The translations under genes and the position numbers were made by a program. DNA of 64,000 nucleotides from Bryobacterales bacterium. Lineage in GTDB: Bacteria; Acidobacteriota; Terriglobia; Bryobacterales; UBA6623. This document shows positions 35,870 to 45,890 of the stretch, piece after piece. Below the pieces are notes generated by a model. It was not told where the DNA came from. It saw only the letters and a list, made by a program, of their open reading frames with translations, and did no database searches. How positions within the stretch are numbered: the first letter of the stretch is position 1; each line of letters starts with the position of its first letter. The stretch is from NCBI GenBank assembly GCA_965226185.1, contig CBDDCT010000001.1:149511-213510 (forward strand), written 5' to 3'.

Positions 35870-37882
35870 ATGGAAAACCTCGGGTATCTGGCGCTCATCC
35901 TTGCATTCTGCCTTTCCATCTACGCCATCGTCTCGGCTCTGATCGGGAAGCTGCGCGGCAACGGATTCCTCGAAGTCAGCGCGCAGCGGGCGGTTCTCGC
36001 GGCCTGGGTGCTCATCACTACCTCATCGGGTATTCTGCTCTACCACATCCTGACCGACGATTTTCGGCTTAGCTACGTCGCTTCGAGAAGCAACATCGAC
36101 CTGCCCCTGGTCTACAAAATCGCGGCCTGGTGGGGCGGTCAAGAAGGATCGCTGCTGTTTTGGACCTGGATTCTGGCAACGTATTCCTTTGTATCGATCT
36201 ACACGGCCCGCAAGATCCACGCCAGCATGATCTCCTATGTCGTGGCGATCATGATGAGCGTCCAAGTGTTCTTTCTGATCCTGGTCGTGTTCATCGCCAA
36301 CCCGTTTCAAGTCCTGATGGCTGGTCCTCAAATCACGGCCGTTGCTGACGGGCAGGGGCTCAATCCGCTGCTGCAGCACCCCCTCATGGCGATCCATCCG
36401 CCGATGCTTTATTTGGGTTACGTGGGATTCACGGTCCCGTTTGCGTTTGCCATGGCGTCGTTGATTACGCGCCAAGCCGGTGACCGCTGGATTCACACGA
36501 CACGCATCTGGACCATGGTCACCTGGCTGTTCCAGAGTATCGGAGTCCTGCTGGGAGCGCGCTGGGCTTACGCCGTGCTGGGGTGGGGCGGCTACTGGGG
36601 CTGGGACCCGGTGGAGAATGCCTCGCTGCTTCCCTGGATCACCGCAACCGCTTTTCTGCACTCGGTGATGATGCAAGAGAAGAAGGGCATGATGAAGGTT
36701 TGGAACATCGTGCTGATCTCGGTGACCTTTTTTCTTTGTATCTTCGGGACGATGCTCACTCGCAGCGGCATTGTCAGCTCGGTGCATGCCTTTGCTGAAT
36801 CACCCATTGGGGGCTGGTTCGCCGGTTTCCTCACGCTGTTAATCGCGGGCACGGTTTTGTTGATCTTAAGCCGGCTGGACTACCTGAAAAGTGAAAACGA
36901 ACTCGAGTCGGTCGTCTCGCGCGAGTCGAGCTTTCTGTTCAACAACGTCATCTTGCTCGCCAGTTGCTTCGCGGTGCTTTGGGGAACGCTGTTCCCCGTG
37001 ATCAGCGAAGCCGTCACGAATGAGAAGATCAGCGTCGGCGCGCCGTTCTTCAACAAGGTGAATATTCCGATTGGCCTCTTACTGCTGTTTCTGACCGGCG
37101 TCGGGCCGCTGTTCGCCTGGCGGCGGACTTCAATCGAGAGCTTGCGGCGGAATTTCCAATGGCCCGCGATGGTTTCCTTGCTTTTGGCCGCAGGGCTGGT
37201 TGCCGCTGGCATTCGGCACTTTTACGCGGTGGTTTGCTTCGCTCTGTGCTTGTTCGTTGCCCTGACGATCATGATCGAGTTCTACAAAGGGGCCAGGCTT
37301 ATCCAGCGCAAGCTTAGTATGAACCTGCTCTTCGCGGTGATCGAGCTGACGCACAGAAACACGCGCCGCTACGGCGGGTATCTGGTTCACATGGCCATCG
37401 TCTTGATCTTCATCGGCTTTGCCGGCGCCGCCTTCAACATCGAAGGCCAGGGTGAGGTGCCTGTCGGCGACGCCTTGAGAGTCGGAAGTTACGAGTTTCA
37501 TGTCAAACAAGTGATCGACGCCAACAACCCCAACTATGCCAGCCAGACAGCCGAAATCGAGTTGCGAAAAGACGGCGAAGTCATCGAGACCATGATGCCT
37601 GAGAGGCGCGTTTATCACGCCAGCGGGCAAGGCACCAGCGAGGTCGCCATCCGAGCCCGAATGACCGAGGACGTCTACATTGTTTTCGCCGGTTACTCGA
37701 ACAGCGGTGAGAATCCCATGCTCCAGGTCTATATCAATCCGCTGGTGAACTGGATTTGGGTGGGGGCGTTCCTGCTCGTGTTCGGCACGCTGGTGGCCTT
37801 GGTACCCAGCAAGATCAAGCCGATCCGGACTCGAATTGTTGGGAAAACGAGAAAAGAACATGCAGTGCTTTCAAAAACTTAG
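35870..37882 (+). CDS. ccmF: cytochrome c-type biogenesis protein CcmF
   Basis: 670 aa polytopic; WWGGQEGSLLFW and WGGYWGWDPVENASLLPW (WWD) motifs. Confidence 0.95.
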   Translation: MENLGYLALILAFCLSIYAIVSALIGKLRGNGFLEVSAQRAVLAAWVLITTSSGILLYHILTDDFRLSYVASRSNIDLPLVYKIAAWWGGQEGSLLFWTWILATYSFVSIYTARKIHASMISYVVAIMMSVQVFFLILVVFIANPFQVLMAGPQITAVADGQGLNPLLQHPLMAIHPPMLYLGYVGFTVPFAFAMASLITRQAGDRWIHTTRIWTMVTWLFQSIGVLLGARWAYAVLGWGGYWGWDPVENASLLPWITATAFLHSVMMQEKKGMMKVWNIVLISVTFFLCIFGTMLTRSGIVSSVHAFAESPIGGWFAGFLTLLIAGTVLLILSRLDYLKSENELESVVSRESSFLFNNVILLASCFAVLWGTLFPVISEAVTNEKISVGAPFFNKVNIPIGLLLLFLTGVGPLFAWRRTSIESLRRNFQWPAMVSLLLAAGLVAAGIRHFYAVVCFALCLFVALTIMIEFYKGARLIQRKLSMNLLFAVIELTHRNTRRYGGYLVHMAIVLIFIGFAGAAFNIEGQGEVPVGDALRVGSYEFHVKQVIDANNPNYASQTAEIELRKDGEVIETMMPERRVYHASGQGTSEVAIRARMTEDVYIVFAGYSNSGENPMLQVYINPLVNWIWVGAFLLVFGTLVALVPSKIKPIRTRIVGKTRKEHAVLSKT

Positions 37883-38348
37883 CTTGCTGCTCCTGCTGAC
37901 GGCCCCGCTTCTGCCGGCGCAGAATATCTCCGAGAGTGATCCGCAGTTTCCGGCCGTGCGGGCGGTTGGGGAACAGCTCAAATGCCAGTGCGAGGCGCAG
38001 TGCTCCTATACCATTACGGGCTGCAACATGATGGGCTGCTCGTTCCGCGCCATGATGCTGCCAGAAATTCGGGCTGGTGTCGACGCCGGGCTCTCGACCC
38101 AGGAAAACCTGGAAAGTTTGATCGCCAAATACGGGTCGGAGTTACGCAACGCCCCGCGCGCGGAGGGCTTCGGTCTCTTCGGCTGGGCCATGCCTTTCGC
38201 GGCGCTGGCGGCCGGGCTGATCGCCGCGCCCATCGTGGTTCGCCGCTGGAGAGCGCAACAGGCCGCCGCACCCGCCGCCGCGCCGATCGACGAGAAGGTT
38301 CTGGCGCGGTACAGGGACGAGATCGACCGGGACCTGGACGAGCTGTAG
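37860..38348 (+). CDS. ccmH: CcmH/NrfF-family protein with a non-canonical Cys-rich motif
   Basis: ORF from 37836; ATG 37860 gives a signal peptide; LKCQCEAQCSYTITGCNMMGC in place of LRCxxC; then ...IAKYGSEL..AP...W..P plus a C-terminal TM, as in CcmH; 23-nt overlap with ccmF. Confidence 0.7.
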   Translation: MQCFQKLSLLLLLTAPLLPAQNISESDPQFPAVRAVGEQLKCQCEAQCSYTITGCNMMGCSFRAMMLPEIRAGVDAGLSTQENLESLIAKYGSELRNAPRAEGFGLFGWAMPFAALAAGLIAAPIVVRRWRAQQAAAPAAAPIDEKVLARYRDEIDRDLDEL

Positions 38349-38422
38349 GCGCTCACGGAATCGGTATCGGCGAAGCCTGCCGGCCGTCTGAGCCGCGACC
38401 GTCAGGGAGCGGTTAGTTCCAT

Positions 38423-38746
38423 ATGCTGATTGCCATCGCCATCATACTGGTCGTCTTTGCAATGGCGCTGCCCTTGCTTGTTAGCCACGCCTCTTTGCCC
38501 CAGCCGGAGCCGGTCTCGCCTACCCGCCACCTCGAAGAAAAGAAAGCCACGATTTACGAGAACCTTCGCGACCTGCAGGGCGAATACCGCATGGGAAAGC
38601 TGTCGGACGAAGATTACCAGCAGACCAAGCTCGATCTCCAGAAAGAACTCGCAATCGTGCTCGCCGAAATCGACGGTGTCCTCAGCAAGACGGGTCCGGA
38701 AGCGCCCAAGCTGCCGCCGGGTCCGAGTCCAGCCTCGGCAAGTTGA
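38423..38746 (+). CDS. small membrane protein resembling the N-terminal module of CcmI/CycH (no TPR domain)
   Basis: 107 aa; one TM, then IYENLRDLQGEYRMGKLSDEDYQQTKLDLQKELAIVL, matching the Y..QL.EL..D...G.l..e.. pattern of CcmI N-termini. Confidence 0.55.
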   Translation: MLIAIAIILVVFAMALPLLVSHASLPQPEPVSPTRHLEEKKATIYENLRDLQGEYRMGKLSDEDYQQTKLDLQKELAIVLAEIDGVLSKTGPEAPKLPPGPSPASAS

Positions 38747-38787
38747 GGTGTCAAGACCCGGTGGAAAGTTCGGAAAGCAGCATCAGA

Positions 38788-38809
38788 ACCCCAGACGGAA
38801 GTCTGGGGT
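38788..38809 (+). terminator. hairpin ACCCCAGAC-GGAA-GTCTGGGGT downstream of the CcmI-like gene
   Basis: Perfect 9-bp stem with GGAA loop, 42 nt after the stop; no clear U-tract. Confidence 0.3.
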
Positions 38810-39085
38810 CAAGGTTGCAAACGCGGCATCCTCATCGGATGTCGAATGTTCTCGACTCCGTGCCGGCTGATCCACGTTAGAGTAGGGCTCTCGTGACACC
38901 CGGCCAACTCCGTAAACTTCCCAAAGTTGAATCGTCCCGCCGTGACAGAAACGCGGCTTTGTGCCAGCCCGCACAGCGGTAATTTGTGGCGCCTCAAGAC
39001 CGCCAATGCGTCTCCACCCCCCTTTATGGAACGACGATTGCAAGCGATTGTAATGGATATAAGTCCGACAAGGGGGATCCAACTA

Positions 39086-40315
39086 ATGTCAACCAATCCA
39101 GCAATGCCTGTTCCAGAGATGCCGGCCCGCCCGACACCGGCGGCGAGGCCCGCCATGAGAGGCATGCCCAAGCTCGACTACAACAAGAGCCCGTTCCTGA
39201 TCATCTGGGAGACGACGCAGGCCTGCGACCTAGTCTGTTCCCACTGCCGCGCTTCGGCCCAGCCTGATCGGGCCTCGGGCGAGCTGACCACCGAGGAGGG
39301 CGAAAACGTCCTGCGTCAGGCCAAGCAGCTCGGCACGCCCATCTTTGTCTTGACCGGCGGCGACCCGCTGAAACGCCCGGATCTGTTCCGCCTGATCCGG
39401 ACGGGCGCGGATCTCGGCTTGTGCATGGCCACCATTCCGGCGGCGACGGCGCTTCTCAGCGATGGGATTGTCAAGAAGCTCAAGGAGTCCGGGCTCAGCC
39501 AAATGGCGCAGAGCCTCGACTTCCCCACCGCGCAACTGCATGATGAATTCCGGGGTGTTCCAGGCGCCTATGCCAAGACGCTCCAGGCGATCGAGTGGGG
39601 ACACAAGTACAAGATTCCCATGCAGATCAATACGGTCCTGTCCGCGCGGTCGGCGCCCTACATCGAACAGATGGCGGATCTGGTCGCGCGGCTCGGCATC
39701 GTCTTTTGGGAGGTCTTTTTCCTCGTTCCCATGGGCCGCGGGGAGAATCTGTCGGGCCTCACTGCTGAACAATGCGAGAATCTGTTCGAGGTGCTGTATC
39801 GAGTCCAAAAGACCTCGAAGTTCCTGGTGAAGGTCACCGAAGCGCCGCACTACCGCCGCTACGTAGCGCAACAGGAACGGGAAGAAGCCAATGGGGCGGC
39901 GCCCCCAAGATTTGGGCAGCGGGACGGCCGTCCGGGCAACGGGTCACCTCACGGGCCGGGTCACGGCGGGAACCTTCCGAGGCAGCTCATTCGGACCGAA
40001 GGCCCCGGGCACAGCATCGGCCTCGCCACGCAAGGAGTGAATGCCGGGAAAGGGTTCCTGTTCATTTCGCACACGGGCGACATCTTCCCCAGCGGCTTTT
40101 TGCCCATCAAAGCGGGCAATGTTCGCGAGAAGAGCCTGGCGGAGGTTTATCGCGAATCCGAGCTGTTTCTTCAGCTTCGCAGTCCCGGCCAATTCAAGGG
40201 GATCTGCGGCCACTGTGAGTTCAACAGGATTTGCGGCGGGTCGCGCTCAAGGGCCTACGCTATCACGGGAGACTACCTGGCGGCCGACCCCTGGTGCGCC
40301 TACCGGCCGCGGTGA
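39086..40315 (+). CDS. radical SAM/SPASM-domain protein (NirJ/AhbD-like; resembles the TIGR04053-type family)
   Basis: ORF from 38927; ATG 39086 after AGGGGGA; CDLVCSHC (CxxxCxxC) cluster; C-terminal SPASM Cys motif CGHCEFNRICGGSRSRAY...DPWCAY; PSGFLP block. Confidence 0.85.
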   Translation: MSTNPAMPVPEMPARPTPAARPAMRGMPKLDYNKSPFLIIWETTQACDLVCSHCRASAQPDRASGELTTEEGENVLRQAKQLGTPIFVLTGGDPLKRPDLFRLIRTGADLGLCMATIPAATALLSDGIVKKLKESGLSQMAQSLDFPTAQLHDEFRGVPGAYAKTLQAIEWGHKYKIPMQINTVLSARSAPYIEQMADLVARLGIVFWEVFFLVPMGRGENLSGLTAEQCENLFEVLYRVQKTSKFLVKVTEAPHYRRYVAQQEREEANGAAPPRFGQRDGRPGNGSPHGPGHGGNLPRQLIRTEGPGHSIGLATQGVNAGKGFLFISHTGDIFPSGFLPIKAGNVREKSLAEVYRESELFLQLRSPGQFKGICGHCEFNRICGGSRSRAYAITGDYLAADPWCAYRPR

Positions 40316-40333
40316 CCTAGCCCGATGGGGGCG

Positions 40334-40945
40334 TCACTCCGCGAGCATCAAAATCGACACCAGCTCCTGCCCGCTGAAGGTGGTCTCGGAGACGGTGAGG
40401 CCGACGAGCTGAAACCCCTCCGACCCGACTTGATTCAGTTCTTTGCCCATCGTCTTCGTCCTCTTTGTGGCGAGCAACTTATAGATATATCGCTTCGCCG
40501 GCGCCTGGAGATCGCGCTTCAGGATGGCGACGACTTCCTGCCCCCCAAAAGCCGTTTCCGCGACCGACTGCCCGCAATAGCGAAAACCTCGAGCGCCCGC
40601 CTCGGTGAGTTCCTTCTGCATCGTGGATGTTTTCGACGTGGCCAGCAGCTTGTATTCATGCCGCTGCCGGTTGGGAGCGCTGCGTGCTTTCGCCAAGACG
40701 GTGACGACCTCGTCGCCGGCCAGCGTCTCGCCTCCCATCATTGCCACGAAGTCGAAGCCTTCCGCCGCGGCTTCATTGAGTTCCTTCAGCATGGTGGAAG
40801 TTTTGCTCGTGGCGATCAGCCTGTACTCGATTGCCCCATCCGCGCCGCCAATTGGTGCGACGCTCTGACCGGAGCTGAAATTTACAGTCAAGCCGGACAA
40901 CACGGCAAGTGACAGAACGAATCTAAAGATGCTCGCTAAGCTCAT
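40334..40945 (-). CDS. secreted protein made of three tandem repeats of roughly 60 aa, function unknown
   Basis: ORF to 41017 (TTG); ATG 40945 gives signal MSLASIFRFVLSLAVLSGL. Repeats: YRLIATSKTSTMLKELNEAAAEGF.., YKLLATSKTSTMQKELTEAGARGF.., YKLLATKRTKTMGKELNQVGSEGF.. Confidence 0.7.
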   Translation of the reverse strand: MSLASIFRFVLSLAVLSGLTVNFSSGQSVAPIGGADGAIEYRLIATSKTSTMLKELNEAAAEGFDFVAMMGGETLAGDEVVTVLAKARSAPNRQRHEYKLLATSKTSTMQKELTEAGARGFRYCGQSVAETAFGGQEVVAILKRDLQAPAKRYIYKLLATKRTKTMGKELNQVGSEGFQLVGLTVSETTFSGQELVSILMLAE

Positions 40946-41064
40946 GGTCGATAGCTCCGGAATGTCGTCGCCGGCCGGCCCTTGTTCAGTGCCAGTCTTT
41001 CGGGCGGGGTCTGACAATGTATCGTTTCACTTTGAGAAATCTTTAGTAGCCGCATCGTGAAATT

Positions 41065-42420
<1,356 letters not shown>

Positions 42421-42423
42421 GTA

Positions 42424-43578
42424 GTGCGGAAAACGAATCCTAAGTTGCTTCCCCCCCGCCGATCTTGGATTCGGTGGGTCCTGGCTGGTTGGCTGCTCGC
42501 TGTTGCCGCCACCGCCGCGCCGCTACACGCGGCGATCCAGGGAACTGTCGTCAACCGCACCACCGGCAAGCCGGTCCCGCGCGTTCCGGTGTCACTCGTC
42601 AAGTTTGGCGGGCCCCAGGGAATGGCACCCGTCAGAGAGTTGAATACAGACGCCGAAGGCAGGTTCTCATTTGACGAAGCCCTGCTGGAGCAGGGTTCTC
42701 AGGCTATTCACGGCATGCTTCGTACAGAGCACGAAGGTATTTCCTACACCAAAATGATCCTTCCGGAAGTGACGCTCGACGACATACAAATCGAGGTCTA
42801 CGACATTGCCGAGGGTGAGACTATCAAGCCCGATTTGACGGCCTTCCTGTTTGAGCCCGGACCGGATGAAACGCTGATCAAACAGTTCTTCCAGTTCACG
42901 AACGAAGCCAAGCCCCCGAGAACATTTAGCGACCCCGACAATGGGACGCTGCGGTTCCTCCTCCCGCCGGGCGCGAAAGGAGTGGTCCAGGTTAGCGCCA
43001 CGGGTCCGGCTGGAATGCCGTTGCCAAGCTCGGCGACCCAGACAAACCGCCAAGACATCTATAAAGTGGACTTCCCTCTGAAACCGGGGGAAAACTTAAT
43101 CGAGTTGACGTATCGAGTGCCGACAGCGGCTGACGGGACCTTCACCAGCCGGGTCCTCTATGACGATGTCGAAACCCGCTTCGTCATTCCGGAGGGAGTC
43201 AGCGTCGAAGGGCAAGATCTTGAGCTGATCGGCCAGGAACCGCAGTCGCTGGCATCGATCTACGAGTACAAGGGAGAGGGCGAGTTCTCACTCGAGATCA
43301 GCGGTGAGGGGCGATTAAGCCTGGAAAGTCCCGCGGGCGGCGGCGGCGGTGGTGGGAATGAGATCAGCGTTGCTCCGGCGCCGGTCGCCAAGGAACTCTG
43401 GTGGATCATGGCCATCACGGCGGCGATCCTTGGCATCGGTTTTTACAACCTTCTATCATCCAAACCGCCGAATGCCGTCGCGGGGGCGCCTGGGATGATG
43501 GCGTCCGCCGCCGGCTCCTCCCGCCCGCAACGCCCCGCAAGCCGGTCTTCCTCGAAGCCGGGCCGCCGAAAACGATGA
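42424..43578 (+). CDS. membrane-anchored secreted protein with a carboxypeptidase-regulatory-like N-terminal domain
   Basis: 384 aa, GTG start; IQGTVVNRTTGKPVPRVPVSL...DAEGRFSF; poly-Gly then C-terminal TM (WWIMAITAAILGIGFY) and basic tail; ATGA overlap with ccmA. Confidence 0.7.
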   Translation: MRKTNPKLLPPRRSWIRWVLAGWLLAVAATAAPLHAAIQGTVVNRTTGKPVPRVPVSLVKFGGPQGMAPVRELNTDAEGRFSFDEALLEQGSQAIHGMLRTEHEGISYTKMILPEVTLDDIQIEVYDIAEGETIKPDLTAFLFEPGPDETLIKQFFQFTNEAKPPRTFSDPDNGTLRFLLPPGAKGVVQVSATGPAGMPLPSSATQTNRQDIYKVDFPLKPGENLIELTYRVPTAADGTFTSRVLYDDVETRFVIPEGVSVEGQDLELIGQEPQSLASIYEYKGEGEFSLEISGEGRLSLESPAGGGGGGGNEISVAPAPVAKELWWIMAITAAILGIGFYNLLSSKPPNAVAGAPGMMASAAGSSRPQRPASRSSSKPGRRKR

Positions 43579-44270
43579 GCGAGCCGGCGATTTCCATCCA
43601 GAACGTCTGGAAATTTTTCGGAGATTTCGCGGCGGTTCGGGACGTGTCGCTCGAAGTTCCGCCCGGTACGATTTTGGCGCTGCTGGGGCGCAACGGCGCC
43701 GGCAAGACGACCATGCTGCGAATGATGGCCGGGCTGTCGCGCCCCAGCCGCGGCGACATTTCGATTGCGGGCCGCGCATGGGGAAAACAAAACAGCTCTG
43801 CCGTGGGTGTCGTTGGGCACGGCGAGTGGATCTACGATGACCTCAGCGCGCGGGAGAATTTGGAGTTTTTCGGGCGCTTGTACAAAGTGGACGATCTTGA
43901 CGCGTCCATCGGCCGCTGGCTCGAAACCGTGGGACTCTCGCGGTTTCGAAACGCGCACGTGAGCGAATTTTCCCGCGGGATGCGGCAGCGTCTGGCGATT
44001 GCCAGAGCCTTCTTGCACGATCCGCGAGTCCTGTTGCTGGACGAGCCCTGGACGGCCCTGGATGACCGCGCGACTCAGTTGCTTTCCTCTCTGCTGCGCG
44101 ATGCGCAATCACGCGGCGGCAGCGTGGTCGTTTGCTCCCACCAGCTTCGAGAGGCGCTCGAAGTAGCAACGCTGGTGGCGGTCATTGACCGCGGGAAGCT
44201 GATATTTCAGGGCCCCAATAGCGACGACTTCAAAGCCGCGCCGGAAGACTTCTACCAAAAAATCTCGTGA
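43575..44270 (+). CDS. ccmA: ABC transporter ATP-binding protein, haem exporter CcmA-type
   Basis: ORF from 43401; ATG 43575; Walker A GRNGAGKTT, signature FSRGMRQRL, Walker B LLLDEP; followed by ccmB. Confidence 0.8.
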   Translation: MSEPAISIQNVWKFFGDFAAVRDVSLEVPPGTILALLGRNGAGKTTMLRMMAGLSRPSRGDISIAGRAWGKQNSSAVGVVGHGEWIYDDLSARENLEFFGRLYKVDDLDASIGRWLETVGLSRFRNAHVSEFSRGMRQRLAIARAFLHDPRVLLLDEPWTALDDRATQLLSSLLRDAQSRGGSVVVCSHQLREALEVATLVAVIDRGKLIFQGPNSDDFKAAPEDFYQKIS

Positions 44271-44950
44271 ACGACTTTCTTCGGTCCGCCCTAACGATCG
44301 CCGCGAAAGACCTGCGCAGCGAACTTCGCAATAAAGAAGCGATGAACGCCGCCGTGTCTTTTGCGCTGGTGGTTCTGCTCCTCTTTAGCCTGGCATTTGA
44401 GCCGGCCGGGAACCCGGACGTGCGGGATATGTCGGGCGGGCTGCTCTGGATCGTCTATTTATTCGCGGGAATTCTCATTCTCAACCGCAGCTTTGCACGG
44501 GAGACGGAGGGAGGTTGCTTGGACGCATTGATCGCCGCGCCGATCTCCGGCAGCGAGTTATTTCTTGGGAAAGTGCTTTCAAACGGCCTGCTGCTGCTCA
44601 TCCTGGAGTTGCTTTCTCTGCCGATTTTTGGGATCTTCTATGACGTCGACTGGACCCGTTCCTTTGGGTCTCTTTTCTTGGTGTTCGTGCTGGGAACCTG
44701 GGGATTGACCGTTGTCGGAACGATGTTCAGTGCGATCACCGCCTCCAACCGCTTGCGGGAGTTGATGCTGCCGCTTCTCGTTTTTCCGGTAACGCTGCCG
44801 GTTATGATGGCCTGCGTGAAGCTCACTACGCTGATTCTGGCGGGCGAACCGCTGGGTGATTCCGTGATCTGGCTCAAGCTGCTGTTCGGGTTCGCGTTAA
44901 TATTCAGCCTGTTGGGAGCGGTACTGCTCGACGTGGTCCTAAGGGAGTAG
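44267..44950 (+). CDS. ccmB: haem exporter membrane protein CcmB
   Basis: 227 aa, GTG start in a GTGA overlap with ccmA; six hydrophobic spans; N-terminus ...AAKDLRSELRNKEA... typical of CcmB. Confidence 0.85.
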   Translation: MNDFLRSALTIAAKDLRSELRNKEAMNAAVSFALVVLLLFSLAFEPAGNPDVRDMSGGLLWIVYLFAGILILNRSFARETEGGCLDALIAAPISGSELFLGKVLSNGLLLLILELLSLPIFGIFYDVDWTRSFGSLFLVFVLGTWGLTVVGTMFSAITASNRLRELMLPLLVFPVTLPVMMACVKLTTLILAGEPLGDSVIWLKLLFGFALIFSLLGAVLLDVVLRE

Positions 44951-45039
44951 CATCCGGAAGCCCCGCGGCGCCATTCGGCCCTAACCCCAATACCGTTCAC
45001 TTAGGGCCTTTTGAGCCGCGAAGCGGCGCAGGATCGTAG

Positions 45040-45102
45040 CCCAGGGTGAAGCGAAGCGGAACCCTGGGTGGGAAAACTAACGACGCCAAGCCCCGACGGG
45101 GC
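45040..45102 (+). repeat. REP-like double hairpin
   Basis: CCCAGGGT...ACCCTGGG (45040-45068) and GCCCC-GAC-GGGGC (45090-45102), flanked by GGCGCAGGA direct repeats. Confidence 0.4.
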
Positions 45103-45347
45103 GCAGGAAAACAAAGGCATCATTCTGACGACAGATCCGCCTTGCGCCCAGTAGAAATGCACCGGCTCAGGCTAAGGGCATGGCGATCCCGTGCCCCACT
45201 GCCTAAATAAGAGGAACGACGAAGTCCTCCGCCGACGCGAACCGTGTGGAACACGTCGCCGTCGCGCCTCACTCGTATCCGAGTTCCGGCAACTCTTCTA
45301 CGTTGTTGTATTTACCGTCAGCGCCCGAGAATCCTCGGGAGCTTCGG

Positions 45348-45650
45348 CTAGGCGGCGTCCGCTTCGGCGCCAGCGTAGCTGGTTGGGTGCGCGGATTGTC
45401 TGCGAACGGTATGCCGCTGGATCCGGGAAGCTATACGCGATAGTTTCGCCTGTTGCCTGGAGCGAAGGTCGACCTTCGGCTGCCCATTGTCCCGATTCGA
45501 ATAGGCCGCGCCGAGGCTCTCGATCAAGCGATGATCCGGCGATTGAATAGCAGACTCTAAACCTGCAATGACCGTGTCCAGCCACTTACGTTTCGTGTGA
45601 AGTTCGTTGAGCAATACGTCTATGTCGACTGTACATCCTTCCTTTTTCAT
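45348..45650 (-). CDS. hypothetical protein (100 aa), coiled-coil-like N-terminus
   Basis: ATG preceded by GGAGAGGAAG; low-GC 5' half; no family recognised. Confidence 0.4.
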   Translation of the reverse strand: MKKEGCTVDIDVLLNELHTKRKWLDTVIAGLESAIQSPDHRLIESLGAAYSNRDNGQPKVDLRSRQQAKLSRIASRIQRHTVRRQSAHPTSYAGAEADAA

Positions 45651-45890
45651 CTTCCTCTCCCTAACATGAGATCCATTGAATGTTTTAACTCAAAACACTA
45701 AGAGGCTACCACAAGGGGTATAAAGATCCTGTAAAACGGTGTCTGTGAGGAATAAAGATTATATAAACATACCGGAATCTCAAGTAGCGAGAGGAAATAG
45801 GAAATTGCTGCCGGCAAGCTGGACGACGAATATTGGGAAATTATCCGATCGGAGTGAATCGGGCCGGGTTCTAATGTGACCGGATAAACA

